This document shows, one piece after another, positions 1-21,327 of a DNA stretch of 64,000 nucleotides. Source of the stretch: the human T2T-CHM13v2.0 reference genome, Homo sapiens; NCBI RefSeq assembly GCF_009914755.1, contig NC_060934.1; one strand, written 5' to 3'. The translations under genes were made by a program, and so were the position numbers. Numbering within the stretch: the stretch's first letter is position 1; every line of letters begins with the position of its first letter. The notes under the pieces were generated by a model. That model was given only the letters and a program-made list of their open reading frames with translations, ran no database searches and had not been told where the DNA came from.

Positions 1-249
1 GCCCTCTCAAATTCTACCTGCTACACCACTACAAACTTCCCTATTTATAAAGAGACCAGTGCCAGGAAGGAGGCTAGGATTTGAGCAGATTGTCCACTTA
101 CCTCAGAGGCCATTAGGACTAACTCCATCATGTCTTATATGCCTGTTTACAGAACAAATACAAAGCCTCGAAACTCATAGGTTATCCCTAAACCCACATC
201 CATATGGCATTGTGGGATGCCCTCAAGTCTGACACAATTTTATGACTGT

Positions 250-1340
<1,091 letters not shown>

Positions 1341-1385
1341 AAAAAAATACTTATTTTAAAATATCTTAAAGACTCATAAATTGGA

Positions 1386-2700
<1,315 letters not shown>

Positions 2701-2810
2701 ATTAAATATTACATTGAGGTTTTTACAACCAATAGCTATTCTATCTAAATTTCTTTCAAGTCAGGAGTTCTACTAAACTGATCCATCCTTTTCACTTATG
2801 ATCACTAAAT

Positions 2811-3005
2811 TGGGTCAGCAAACTTTCTATAAAGAACCAGATGGCAAATATTTTGGGGTTTCCTGGACATAAGGTCACTGTTGTAATTACTTAAACTCTG
2901 CCGCTGCTATTGTAGCATGAAAGTAGCCTTGGACAATAGGTAAAAGAGTGGGTGTGACTTTTTTTTTCTTTGAGATTAATGGGCTATAGTCTGCTGACCT
3001 GCTCT
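2811..3005. mobile_element. MER58A-like hAT-Charlie MITE
   Basis: GGGTCAGCAAACT...TCTGCTGACC terminal inverted repeats and MER58 internal motifs. Confidence 0.7.
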
Positions 3006-3363
3006 AAATGACAAGGTAGATAAATCAATGATCCCTAATGATAAATTAATTTTTCCCAACAGAAAAGTTAATCTGGTGATTATTATTCAATCCTCAAATT
3101 GAAATCAGCAGAAGGAATAGTCAACATTATTTTCTGGCTAACCATCTCTTAATTTATTTTGTTAATTTAAAATGTGTGGTAAGCATCAAATGTATTTTGA
3201 CAACTCCAAGTCCAAAGTTTATAATTTCTCAAATTGTAATAAAGCAGATCTTATATGTTAGGGATCCAGTAGTAATTCCTTATTTACTGAATTAACTTGA
3301 TACATACAGGTATAAATACATGGGTATATACACAGAAGTAATTTAGATGGTTGGACATTTTAC

Positions 3364-3507
3364 CTTATCAGAAAACCAAATGAGCCTGGAATCTTCATAA
3401 TACCTAAACATGCCGTATTTAGGATCCAATAATTCCCTCATGATGAGCAAGAAAAATTCTTTGCGCACCCCTCCTGCATCCACAGCATCTTCTCCAACAA
3501 ATATAAC
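3364..3507 (-). CDS. HERC4: HERC4 coding exon (144 nt), HECT N-lobe: VIFVGEDAVDAGGVRKEFFLLIMRELLDPKYGMFRYYEDSRLIWFSDK
   Basis: AG/GTAAA boundaries; canonical HECT FxGExxxDxGGVxKEFF motif. Confidence 0.97.
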
Positions 3508-3731
3508 CTAAAATAGCACAATGCAAACACCAAATAGACTGTAAAGAAATGAAAGTACATTCTGGAGACCCTAGAACATGTTATTTATTACTAATACTCT
3601 ACAATTAATAGTTTAAAATAAATATAATTTTATTTATTAAGTTTAAAAGATTCACTAAAAACAAATAGGAAAATTTTAAACATAGCTTCTGAATAAAAGT
3701 CCCAATTATACCACAGAAAATGTCAAATTAC

Positions 3732-3899
3732 CTTGAGTGGCTTCTTGTAATCTATGTTCTTTGTTTTCCTAAGGACTTCCATTGCATCTCCTACAATATT
3801 TTCTCTACGCACCACTAGAATTAAGCAGGGATTCACAGATTCAATCACTGGGAGAAAAAGAGAGGAGACATTCTGCCTGTGGGCCTGATCAATAGCCAT
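3732..3899 (-). CDS. HERC4: HERC4 coding exon (168 nt): MAIDQAHRQNVSSLFLPVIESVNPCLILVVRRENIVGDAMEVLRKTKNIDYKKPLK
   Basis: AG/GTAAT boundaries; LVVRRENIV HECT start motif. Confidence 0.96.
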
Positions 3900-4258
3900 C
3901 TGGAAAACAAAAGATTAACATTTTAACAGCAATGCTACAATAAAGCTACTGTGACTGAAACAAGCTAACCTCTACCTATTAGTTACAGGTATTCTATAAT
4001 TCCTATGCTACTGAATTAACATAGCACCTAACAGTATCCCGTACAGCATAAAACTTAATAAACTGAGCATAAAGAGTACCCTTTTGAATGTTTTTATACT
4101 AATGTATAATGTATAACTCATAACACCATTAGAGTAAGCCAGTATAGAACGGTAGTAATACTGATAAATCTGAGCATTGGTTTTTCTAAAAAACATTCAC
4201 TGGAGGGGAGGGTAAAGAGGGAGGAGCAAAAACAAACCTTTAAAGAGTATAAGGAACA

Positions 4259-4568
4259 GGCTGGGCGCAGTGGCTCACGCCTGTAATCCCAGCACTTCGG
4301 GAGGCCAATGAGGGCAGATTACTTGAGGTCAGGAGTTCAAGACCAGCCTGGCCAACATGGTGAAATCCTGTCTCTACTAAAAATGCAAAATTAGCAGGGC
4401 GTGGTGGTGTGTGCCTGTAATCCCAGCTACTCAGGAGGCTGAGGCAGGAGAATCACTTGAACCTGGAAGGCAGAGGTTCCAGTGAGCTGAGACTGTACCA
4501 CTGCACTACAGCCTGGGCGACAAGAGCGAAACTCCGTCTCAAAAATAAAAAATAAAAAACAAAGAATA
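4259..4568 (+). mobile_element. Alu (Sx-like)
   Basis: Full dimer with A tail. Confidence 0.92.
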
Positions 4569-5646
4569 AGGAATGATCTGGCTAAGGAAGCATTACACAA
4601 ATTCACTTAACTAAGTGATCATGGTATGTGCTCACGAACCAAGGATTTGACTTTTACCATTTAAAACTTTTGTTCTTTTATTATGGTTCTCCCTGAGTTC
4701 TTGTTCTAAAATGGAATATCCCATGGTAAAATCACCAAGTTATTAACTTATCGTTTTAACAAAGACCTCCAAAAAATTGGCTTACTAGCTGTTAGTATAG
4801 AACACTACAAAAATATTTAGAATACCAAATGCATTTATTTGAACAGAATAAAAATGGTTACCAAGATTTGAAGGTTTTTAATTTTTTAAAATATTTTTAG
4901 ACTATTAAATATTCAAGCTTTCTTTTCATCCTTTCCTTAATCCTTAGTTGGTATAGTCAGATATTCTATACCAGAGGAAGCAGCTCAAAATCTTTTTTAT
5001 TTACAGGATCAAATGATAAAGCAAACTTACTGTAACCCTTTAAAGTCATAATATGAATTAGTTTAAAAAATCCTCTCTATAAATGAAAGAACTCTCAACA
5101 TAAAATGGATGGGAAAGGGTGATAGGAAGGGGAAAAGAAAGAGGAATAGGAGATAATGGTGACCAACCCCAGGAACATGTTTAATACCTTATTATTGAAA
5201 CTTTCTTCAAGGAAATTTCACATCTTCTTCCTAACGAGATCAAATGCTTCCTACTTTTAACATCTCTCACCTCTAGTGACTTCCATCTCTTACCAAGCAT
5301 ATAAAAAGGGGACATATAATGAAACAAGATTTTGAAACAAACCAACATCTTATCAAGTAAACTAGTAAAACGGTTTATAAAGATTGAATATTTCTGTAAT
5401 GAAAGAGGCTTATACAATTTTTAATATATAAAATGATTATAGGTTAAGTTATTCCATTTTCACTGCAACCTTTTTTTATAAATGTTCTCATAAGAATATA
5501 CATATCACATGCAGCAGTCTTCTTTATAGCTACCCAAAGTACTTTGTGTACCTTCATTACTGATCCTAGGAAAATTTCAAATATTTACTGTCCAGAAACA
5601 TCAAAGAAACAATTAAAAAAAAAAACCCTCTCAAATAATATTTTAC

Positions 5647-5745
5647 CTGCATCTGTAAGACTGCATCGGTCTGTAACAGAGTAGTTTTTGCTTGGGCATC
5701 AAATACAAATGGATATGTACAGATTGTAACAGGGATATCTGCCAA
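5647..5745 (-). CDS. HERC4: HERC4 coding exon (99 nt): LADIPVTICTYPFVFDAQAKTTLLQTDAVLQMQ
   Basis: AG/GTAAA boundaries; YPF motif typical of the pre-HECT region. Confidence 0.95.
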
Positions 5746-6555
5746 CTGGAAATAAAAAATTAACTTATTAGTACAAGTTGATTTGTGATATACTTACTGT
5801 GGATGCTGACATTTCTTATAAAGTGGACTACATTCTTTGTTTATTCACTCATGTGGTTCTGGAATTACAAATAAAACATGCTGCTTACAGAATTATTAAA
5901 AATTAAATGAGGCATTGGAATGAACCCAATTCCCAATTTTAGGGGGCGACTGTATACTTGAGAGTCTATACAATCATATACTGCAAGTATCTTTTGCTTA
6001 GCATATGTTAATTGCAAATCTCAGTGAATGAGGTTGCAAATTTGTTCTAAAATTGGGGGCTCCTATGTTAAATGCGATAGCCAATTCTTACATGTTAGGG
6101 CAACTGCAGCAACTGAGGCTAATGATAAGTAATCTGTCTATTCCTTCATTTAACAGATATTGAGTATAATGTCATTAGGGTATCAAAATTATTATGAGTC
6201 CAATAATCTCTTCATTTACTTAATATACAAAAAAGTACCATTAGTATTACTATTCTGTTAGCCTTTAAAGTTACGAGAACTGATCTATTATTATCATTAT
6301 TAGACATTAGACACTTTATAGACAATTACTTATCCTGGCAGGTAATATATTGATTGCTAAGTATTTTAATAGTGCAGTAAAATATAAAGAGTTATGAATT
6401 GCCAGTCACACATTCTTGTAGTTGGAGGACGACCTACTTCTACCATCTACCCAGTAAAACAATATCTTTGTGCCTGCCCTGACTCAGAGCCCCTGCTATG
6501 AGACTTCTAATGAAGAATTAATACACCCTAAAACAATCCACTTCTTAGTGATTAG

Positions 6556-6875
<320 letters not shown>

Positions 6876-7881
6876 TGAATCTGCATTTCTATATATCACT
6901 ATGCATCATTTAGTCTTTGCTTTGCCCCTGCTGGGAAGTGTACGTAGTTTAAATATTTTAAGTCCTAATCATGCTCTCCCTAAATTGTATTTTATTACAT
7001 TCTAAACATTCACTCTTCAGTATTTTTCATGTGACAAGGTTTACCTCCATCCTATATTTGTGGCACTGCCTAGCTAATGATCATAAAAACTAATTTTACT
7101 TCTCTGAAATTCAAAAAGATTTAGATATCTCCAAAGCACCCTTTGGCTTCAAAACTCTATGTTTTCATAATTTTATGTGCTAATTCTATTTGACAATGAG
7201 GAAGCAAACAATATTAGAGCTATAATTTAAAGCTAACTCAAAATGCTTCATTGGTTCAAGTGCTGGGAAAAACATAGCAACCAACAAAATGCAAATCAAA
7301 GCAAAACCTGACATCTATAACGGATAAAGAAAGTATTATAATGTTCCCAAGTGTTAAAAGGGTAGTCTAGGGTTGTTGATTACTTAAACCAAAGTGCTAG
7401 AACTTTATATATTAGAAGTGAGAAAGATAATCATACAAAAAGTTTAACTTTGTGACCATTCTGAGTATCAATTAATCAATTTTAAAAATGAAGTTTGTTT
7501 TACTTCTCTAATATAAAATGTTTTCAGCCACATTAGGTAGGCATTTGCTAAATTTTAAAATAAAAGTTTGCTTTTTTATATTCTGAGGACACATTACATT
7601 TTATACTGGAAGACTTGAGGAGGACAGAAACTATTCTAAAGCAAATATTGTTGAGGCATCATATAGGTGTAATGTTAACAGAATTTCATTTTCTTCAGAA
7701 AACTTCTGAAATGTTATACAAGATAATCTCTACAGACTGTATTTTAAAAAATGATACATATATATCTATTTATTTACATTTTTTAACCACACCAAAAAAA
7801 CGAATCTTTGGCTCTTCTATTACTCAGGAGAAAATGGAGTATATTTTACTCTAAACATGAGCTTTATTACACCAAACTTAC

Positions 7882-7905
7882 CTCAGTTAATCCATGGTTG
7901 ACATC
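7882..7905 (-). CDS. HERC4: HERC4 24-nt cassette microexon: DVNHGLTE
   Basis: TTAG acceptor, GAG|GTAAGT donor, frame-preserving; the peptide matches the long HERC4 isoform as I recall it (YGM-DVNHGLTE-LADIP). Confidence 0.9.
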
Positions 7906-9028
7906 CTAAGACAGCAGTGCAGAATATAACAATAACGAGGAAAGAGCAATATTAGTGTCCAAATTTAACTATTTCTATTCAAGGTAGCATTTCATATATT
8001 TTGCTACAGCAGAATATTGAAGTAATGAGGTAGAAAATACATCTACAATCAAATACACCCCCTACACAAGCATCTTATATATCTATTAATGTAAGATCTT
8101 TGTTTCAGGTACCTTGTGATCATAAAATGATTGAGGCTTGAACATAATGAAATTTGTTTTCAGCAATTAAACACCCCCATTTGCAGAATTTAGGCAGAAT
8201 AAGAAAACTAATCCTATGCCTGGCTTGGTCTTAAAAAAAAAAATTTATGGCTCAGTTTTTCTACTTAAAAAAAATGGAAAAAACATTCCTCAGACTTTAA
8301 GACTTTAAAATCTCAGCAAAATGTCTGACAGTGTTTAGTAGATTAAAATGCCATATGGACACAAAGTAAGAAAAAATAAGCCATAAATTGTTTTTATTTG
8401 ACAGAAAAAAAAACAGTAAAACATAAGGTATCTTACATTAAGCATTCTTTAAAACTGAATTAATTTAAAATAGAAAGTACAGGACAGGGAAAAAGGGTTG
8501 GTAAGCAAAAAGAAATGAAGAGAGAAAGATATATTTATTAAGGCAGTAATAGTGGAAATTATAATGAAAGCTTACCACTTTATTGAACAGAAATGTACAT
8601 TTTCTTGTAGAAAGTTTCCACATATGCTCAGAGCACAGACTCGTGTAAAGCACCAGAATCTTCAGAAATATGTTACTAAATTTGTGGACGGTGCCTTGTG
8701 TTGTGAGGAATTAATTTTACCCCAGAAGAGAGGGCATTGCCCTGGGTTACTAGGAGGTGACCTATAGACCTGTGCAATATCATGCCTGATAGGAGTGTCT
8801 TTGTTTGCCTGGCGCTTTAGCCACTGGACAATGTGACTTATGATAGGGGCTTGGGCCATGTGCTGTCAGTTCTGCTTCCAGAAGAGCTGGGAACTAGAGG
8901 TCACTACGGGAGCAGGATGTGATTGAACCCCAGTAAAAACTCTGGGCACCAGGGTTCTGGTGAGCTTCTTTGGCTAGAAATACTCTGTATTGTTACACAT
9001 CTATGCCAGGAAAGTAATTCATCCATGA

Positions 9029-10266
<1,238 letters not shown>

Positions 10267-11659
10267 CCCTTGGCTGATTTTAACCTATTATCCTTTCCCT
10301 GTAATAAACCCTAATCATCAGTGTAACAATTTTCAGTGAGTTCTGGGAGGCCTCGTAGCAAATTATCAAACCTAAGGGTAGTTTGGGGGACCCTCCCCAA
10401 ACTCACAATTGGTATCAGAAGTGAGGGCAGTCTTGTGTAAACTGTTCTCTTTAACTTTGTAGTTGACTGAGTTCCCACGTGTCACCAGCGATATTATTGG
10501 AGGATTTAAGATATTAGCAAAGACTTTGGGTTCTCTCACTATATTAAGTAAAGCCAAAGCAGTGTAAGCATAAGCAAAACATCACTCTATGCAAACCCTA
10601 TTCAGAGGAAGAATATTATTGACAAGAATTTCTTTAAAAAAATTCACAGTACCAAGTTATTACCACATAAATGCTCCAACTGGCAGTGTAAACAAGATGA
10701 AAGTCTTTAGAGACTGTTCTGCAAAAAAACCTTTCAGATTACACTCTGTTTAGCTAGAAGGCAATATAAAAGGAACATCTGAAATCCTTTTATAGTATAC
10801 CTTGTGGGACTTTTTTTGAAAAAAGAACTTTATTATTTTAAAGCAGCTTTAGATTCACAGCAAAATTGAAAGTAAGGTGCAGAGACTTCCAATATACCCT
10901 TATCCTCACATATGCACAGCCTTCATATCACCAATATTCCTCTTGTAGGACGTTTAAAAAGTGTTATTACTACTAAGAAAGTTTAAATAAGCAAAAAAAA
11001 AAAAGCCTATAAAAATTTATCTATGGCCTGCTTGATAACTATACTATATACCAAGGGAGTTTATAGTATGGGAGATCGATTTTCTCCTTAGCTAAACAAT
11101 GAAATATTAGTATGTATGCATTATCTTTTTTACTACTACATGTAAGTAGATATAGATGTTATACATATCATTATACACTGGGGAAGTCAGTAAGATAATG
11201 TTAGAATTTATAGTGCGACTAACCCATACTAAGCAGAATATAATTTGGTTACACTAAAAATTGGGACAGAAAGATGTGAACTGGCAAGAATATGAAAAAT
11301 AATAGGACGTGAAAAACTTCAGAAAAAGAGAGATGATTAGACATTAGGTATAATCATTTTTCTAAGAGAGAGAGGCACCAAAGGGAAAACCAGATAAAGA
11401 TAATTAACTAAAAGTATCAGAAAGGGAAGAAAAAATAGCAAAGAGTTTGGTAGTAACCAATAAGGTATTTTTACAAACAATTTAAAAGCAAAGTTAAAGG
11501 AGGATAAGGAAACTGAGAATAGTACCTAGAAAATGCTCTTAGAAAATGTTTCATTATAGTGCACATAGAGAAAGGCAGCAAGAGAACAGAGTTATTAGAC
11601 ACGTCAGAATAAAAGCTACTGCCAAATTTGTAGCCTGTGTCAAGGTAGCCAGCAACAAT

Positions 11660-11870
11660 AATCACCATTTTATAAAGACTTAACTGTGTGCCAGAAATTA
11701 CTCTAAGTCCTTCACAGGGATCATATAAATTAATCTTCTCAAAACTTTTTAAGGTAGGTACTAATATCCTAATTTACAGAAAACAAAATGAAATCTCAGA
11801 GAAATTAAGTAATTTTCCCAAGGACAGAACTGAATATATGCTGAGGTGGGATTTGAATCCAGGCACTCTC
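11660..11870. mobile_element. MIR
   Basis: MIR core-like TTTACAGA...GAAATTAAGTAATTTTCCCAAGG...GGATTTGAATCCAGG. Confidence 0.65.
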
Positions 11871-11952
11871 ATAAAAGTTACTCTGCTTTCTCATCATACA
11901 TATTTATGTTGTGAGTTAGAATTCTTCATCATTACAACATTCTCCATAATAA

Positions 11953-12278
<326 letters not shown>

Positions 12279-12799
12279 TGTAATGTTATTTATAATTATA
12301 AATTTGCTGTGGTCTTAGAGTTCTTTTAAGAGCTAAACACCAAGAGTTTAGAACTAGTTTAATGTGTGTATATATTTATATAATATGTAAGTGAACACTG
12401 GGCTTCTTAAGAAATTGTTCTTCTTTAAAAGGGTCCACATATCCCTCCAAATGTTCTGAATCCTTTCAAAAACACTGCTAAAAGACCTAGGGTACCCTGG
12501 TTGGTGTGTGAGGGTTTATATGCAAAGTCTTGGTATGAACAAGGTTCATTTCCTGAAGAATCAATTTTCCTCAATGACAAATAAATTAAATCTCTTTTAT
12601 ACTGCAATATCTATTATGCCCATAATGCAAAATTTGCATTTAAAGATAGAAAATTAGCCTCAGTTCAAGTCTTGCTGAGGGAAGGTTAAATCCTTAAGAA
12701 ATATGTTATTTCTCCTGCCATCACAGGTTCTCTAAAGGAAGAGTTTGAGAAGCTTTACCTAGGTCAGAGATGAAGAAAAAAGGAAATATTTATTCAAAA

Positions 12800-14212
<1,413 letters not shown>

Positions 14213-14812
14213 AGACCTAAATCTATAGAATGGCTATAAACCTGACCCAGCCTCAAAGTGACTCAGGAGAAAAGTCAATGAGTCTCTCCCAGTCCAGACC
14301 CAAGTACACTAGGGAAGGAAAAGATGTCTAGAAGCAACCTGATTCCGGGAGGTGGGAGTATCCTAAAAACAGCGTGCACTAACCAGATTGCCATTCAAAA
14401 ACTACTGTACTTTTTTAGTGCTTACTAGACATATTCTAGACACTGTCAGAGGTGCTGGTTGACTGACAAGAGCACCCATCCACAAGGAGCTTACAGCTGG
14501 TGCCTAGCAAGCAATGAAAAGTTACTCACCCTTCTATTATATAACTGCTGCACACATATTAAATTACCTGGGTACAGAAAAGTGGGCCTCAAGTATACAC
14601 AAATGGCTAGCAAATAAGAGTAGTAAACCTAAATATTTTGTATCTAACTGCTTACCCATTTCTGCATTAAAATTTTATGTGCCTAATTCAAGTTTTATAA
14701 GACCATGGTACTATTTTAATGGGATAGTGTCTAGTTATTAAAGACTTAGCTGCATAAAAAGATGTACGCACCCACATTTATATTAAAAATCTGAAATAAA
14801 AGTAAACACATA

Positions 14813-15046
14813 ATCGGCTCACTGCAACCTCCATCTCCCAGGTTCAAGTGATTCTCATGCCTCAGCCTTCTGAGTAGCTGGGATTACAGGCATGTGCCAC
14901 CACACTTGGCTAATTTTTTGTATTTTTAGTAGAGATGGGATTTCGTCATGTTGCCGAGGCTGGTCTTGAAATCCCGAGCTCAGGGAATCCACCTGCCTCA
15001 GGCTCCAAAGTGCTAAGATTACAGGCATGAGCCACCACACCCAGTC
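14813..15046 (-). mobile_element. Alu (tail end missing)
   Basis: Partial dimer. Confidence 0.85.
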
Positions 15047-15451
15047 CTCTTTTGGTAGTCTTGAAGCACCAATTTCACAACAATAATGCATTCTTAGGAG
15101 TTCCAGTATGAAGAATGCCAGTATTTTCAACACTGGAGAAATAAGAGGCAACCTCATGGAAAATAAAAGAGTTAAAAATCCATTTCACACTTGTAGGTTT
15201 TTTTTGTCTTGTTTTGTTTTGTTTTACAGTGTAATCCATTTCTTTGGTTTGGCTTTGGTAAAAGAGTAGAATGTTTGCATATAAATATTGTAAAATATAT
15301 AGCACTCCTTTGCAATGTGTTATTATTTAAAAAGTAAGTTCTGGATAAAAGTTCTGAAAAAACTTTCTCATTTCAAAACCAAGCAATTGTTTCTTTTTTT
15401 ATTAGATACATATACATAAAAATGAAATCACAAATTGCACAGAAAACCTAC

Positions 15452-15922
<471 letters not shown>

Positions 15923-17146
15923 AAGACAGAGAAATTTAAAATATCTAAAGAAAAAAATGCTTTGGGGATTTTCTTAGCTATTTTTTTCTTCCTACAAAAA
16001 ATAATTACTGAGTGCCTACTATATGCAAAATGCTAGTTAAGTGCTATGGGAGACACAAAGATTTGTAAGATGTGATATCTGCATTCAGTACCCCAAAATC
16101 TAGAAAAGACATGTCTTTATAACTACAACACAGTATGAGATATGTAATGATTAAACTGTATACGGTATATATAAACTAGATACTATAAAGACTTATGGTT
16201 GGGAAATGGGACCTTAATAATAATAGCAGCTAATGCTTGTTAAGTGTTGCTCTGTGCTGGCATCTGATTAGAATAAACTTTAGAAGGTGATATCTGGACA
16301 CGATGTGAAAAATGAAGAGGATGCAAATTACCACCCTAGAGATTACCTATTAATTACAAAGATAAAAACAAATCTTTACAGTGGAGAGCACCATCTTCAT
16401 CAAGTGATCTAACTAATCATCACCAATACTGGAACAATGAAATATTATGTTCTTGGTGATATAGCTCAACAAGAAGCATACAAATGATCTATGAAGTAAA
16501 AATAGTTTAACCCAAATCCAATCAAGTCTCCTAATCTAAATTTTAGTTTATAGGAAATACAAGGGATAGAGGAACAAGTTAAATAAACATCACCATGAGG
16601 AAACAATCAGACAAATCCTGATTATGAAACTTTTATAAGAAAACTGGCCAAGAATCTTCAAAAAGTCAAGGTAGCAGGGATTGAAAAAAAAAAGGAGCTA
16701 TTCTAAATTAAAAGAGACTAGAGGAATTCTGGTACTAAATATGGCAGAATACTTTGTATCAGACTACTCTTCCTGGCACTAACAATTATAAACTCTAGAC
16801 AATACATTAAAGAACAACTACTGTACTTAAAAACACTGGAGATCCACCAAAAGTAGGCAGAAACAGGAATGGACACAAGTAGAGGATAGAGCTCAAGCAG
16901 AAAGCAGCAGTCTTAATAGACAGACTGAAGCTGCCAGCACAGCCAGACAGTGAGGAATAAAAAAATCAAAGAAAGGAATCCAGAGGACGAAGCCCCAAAA
17001 TCTATGTGCAAATTCCCCCCACATCCTTGGCTAACTCTAAACCATGAATGCACAAGGCACAAAGTAAGACCTGCTAAAAATAAATAAATAAATAAATAAA
17101 ACTCAAACCCAATAAACCAACAGAAAGCACAGCTGAGAGGCTACTC

Positions 17147-17443
17147 CTTTTTTTTTTTTTGAGACAAAGTCTCGCTCTCTTGCCCAGGCTGGAATACAGT
17201 GGTGTGATCTCGGCTCACTGCAAGCTCCGCCTCTCAGGTTCATGCCATTCTCCTGCCACAGCCTCCTGAGTAGCTGGGACTACAGGCGCCCACCACCACC
17301 TCTGGCTAATTTTTTTTTGTATTTTTAGTAGAGATGGGGTTTCACCATGTTAGCCAGGATGGTCTCAATCTCCTGACCTCGTGATCTGCCCACCTTGGCC
17401 TCCCAAAGTGCTGGGATTACAGGTGTGAGCCACCGCGCCTGGC
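17147..17443 (-). mobile_element. Alu (Y-like)
   Basis: Full dimer; TSD GAGAGGCTACTC. Confidence 0.92.
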
Positions 17444-19034
17444 CAGAGAGGCTACTCTTACAGTAAGAGTTCAAAACAAGCATTTCCAGAGGAAAAGGGG
17501 CATATTTCATAATAATAAAAGGATTAATTCACCAAGAAGTCACAACAATCCAAAAACAGCAGAGCTTGAAAATATATGAAAGAGAAATCAACAGAACCAT
17601 GATTATATTTGGAGATTTTTAACACTGCTCTCATTAACTGATAGAAAAAAATAGACAAAACCAGCAAGTATAGATGATCTGAATAACAATTTAAACCAAC
17701 TTGCACTCACTGTCATAACACTTCACCTAATAATTGTACATGAAATGTTCACTAAGATAGACCAAATCCTGGACCATACAATAAGTCTTCATACATTTAA
17801 AAGAATCCAAAGTATACAACATATGTTCTCTGTCCACAATGGAATTAAACTAAAATCAGTAACAGAAAGAGATTTGGAAAATCCTAGAATACTGGCAATT
17901 AAACAAAACACTTCTAATTACTGAAAACTTTTCTTGAACCTGTGAGAGAGCTAAAGTTACAAGACAACCAAGTAGCCTGAATCCAAGGATCAACAAATCC
18001 TTACAAAAGGTAACAGGGTACCAGAATTGGCTCATTTGTGGCAGAGAGAAAGAGGAAACTACTACTGTCATATAAGCAGAAGTAATACACTAAAATTTTA
18101 AGGATCACTTAAAGCTGAGTGTGGGGTAGCTTGATAGTATGAAACCCCGCAGAGTCCCAGGCAGTTGGCACTCACTCACAGCCTCTTGTCCATAGATGCC
18201 ACTGGGTGCCCATGAAACAACTGGAAACAAGGCAGAGGGGGGGAAAAAAGGAAACAAGGCAGAATATCAAGAGCCTCTCTCAATGGTACAAGGAATTAGC
18301 TGCCACATGAGAAAGGAACAAAGGCCCGTCACCCTGCCCAGATCCTTCTTTCACACAGAGCAAAAGCCTTCAGCCACTGAGGAAGGGGACGCAAACCCAT
18401 GTCTTGTTGCTGAGGGAGGGAAAAACCTTCAATTCCTGGGAGGAAAGGTGACAAGAACAGTCCTAGGCTCAGAATCTTATATCAGTAGGACTAGAGGTCT
18501 GCAATTGCTGGGGGAGGGAGCAGAAACTGCCACACAAAAAAATCGGAAGCAGAGTTTGGTTGCCACAGGAAGAGGGGAGGGAACTCTGACAAAGGTCCAG
18601 GCACACATAATCTACCTAAAACCAAGGCTATACCACAACAACCAAGAACCATTTCTGTTCCCTCTCCTCTACCAATCTTGAAAGCACTGAGTAACAAGCA
18701 ATACCAGTTTACAACTGACAAGAGGAAAGAATGAGAACAAAATCCCTCTAAGGAGTAGGCATGCAAAGTGGGGCACAAACATTCACAAAAACCATTTGAC
18801 ACCCCACTTCCACCCTAAACATTGTACTACAGGCCTCAAATTCCTCCAATGTTAGAGGCCTCAAATTCCTCTAGCATTACAGGCCTGTAGTGTAATGAAG
18901 GTATTTACAGCAAATTAAAAATTCAATTCCAGCTTAACTCCTGACTAAATAAACTCAAATCCTTACACTAATACCAGATAGTAGAGGTGTACCAATTTAT
19001 AAGCTTTAAACCTATTGATTTCAGTTTCTTACTA

Positions 19035-19409
<375 letters not shown>

Positions 19410-20662
19410 CTAGAGACAAAGCAATCAACAGAGTCAGATTCAGAGAAGACCCAAATGTTGGAGCTAGGAAACAGGGGCTTTAGGAAAATATTTTGAACTT
19501 AAAAGTAAAAACACATAAAAATTTGTGGGATGCTAATAAATCCAGGCATAAAAGAAAATCTATAGCATTAAATGATCATATTAGAAATAAAGGGTCTAAA
19601 ATCAATGATCAATGTTTCTGCTTTAAGAATCTAGAAAAAAAAAGATCATATTAAGCACAAATCAAGCAGAAGGAAACAAAGAAATCAATGAAAGAGAAAA
19701 CAGAAAAACACTAGAGAAGAAATTAAAAGCAAATGAGTTTTCTGAAAAGATAATAATGAATAAACCTACAGTCAGACTGACCAAGAAAAAGAGATGACAC
19801 AATTTACCACTATCAGGAATTAAAGAAGAAACATGATTACATAGATATCTTGGTAAAACTGACTCAGGAAGAAACAGAAAACCTGAAATGTCTATATTTA
19901 TTTTTTAAATTTAATAGGAAATTTAAAATTTTCCCAAAAGAAAACTCCAGGGCCAAAATGGTTTCACTGATGAATTATATCAAACATTTAATAAAGAAAT
20001 AATACCAATCTTAATCAAACTTTTTCAGAAAATAAAGAAGGATCATTTCTTAATTCATTTTATGAAGCCAGAATAAACTTGATACCAAAAGCTAACAGCA
20101 ATATGAGAAATAAAAATTACAGATCAATATCCCTCATGAACACAGATATAAACCATCAATAAAATATTAGCAAATTAAATCCAATAATATATATAAAGTA
20201 TAATACAAATATAATGCCAAGTAAAGTTCATCTCAAGAATGCAAGGTTGGTTTAACATCCAACTATCAATGAATTTCACAATATTTCTAAAAAAAGGAGA
20301 AAAAAATCATCTGTTCATCTCAACAGATGGAAACAATATCTGATAAAATTCAAATCCATTTATAATAAACACTCTCAGCAAATGAGAAATGGAAGAAAAT
20401 TTCTTCAAACAGATAAAACCCATCTAACCACCCCCACCCCCCACCGACATTTAACATTATACTTACTATTAAGATATTGAATGCTTTCTTTCTAAGATTA
20501 GGAACTAGGCAAGAATGACCACCATAACCACTTATATTCAACATTGTACTGAAATTCTTAGTTAATAAAATATGCCAAGAAAATAACATGATTGTGTATA
20601 TAAAAAAGCCAAATGAATCAATCTATAAGAGAATTACCAGAACTAAGAATTTATCAAGATCA

Positions 20663-21327
<665 letters not shown>

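Noticed and set aside
18196-18681. 161-aa plus-strand ORF
   Set aside because: It lies in degenerate L1-derived sequence with no recognisable domain or splice context and is antisense to HERC4
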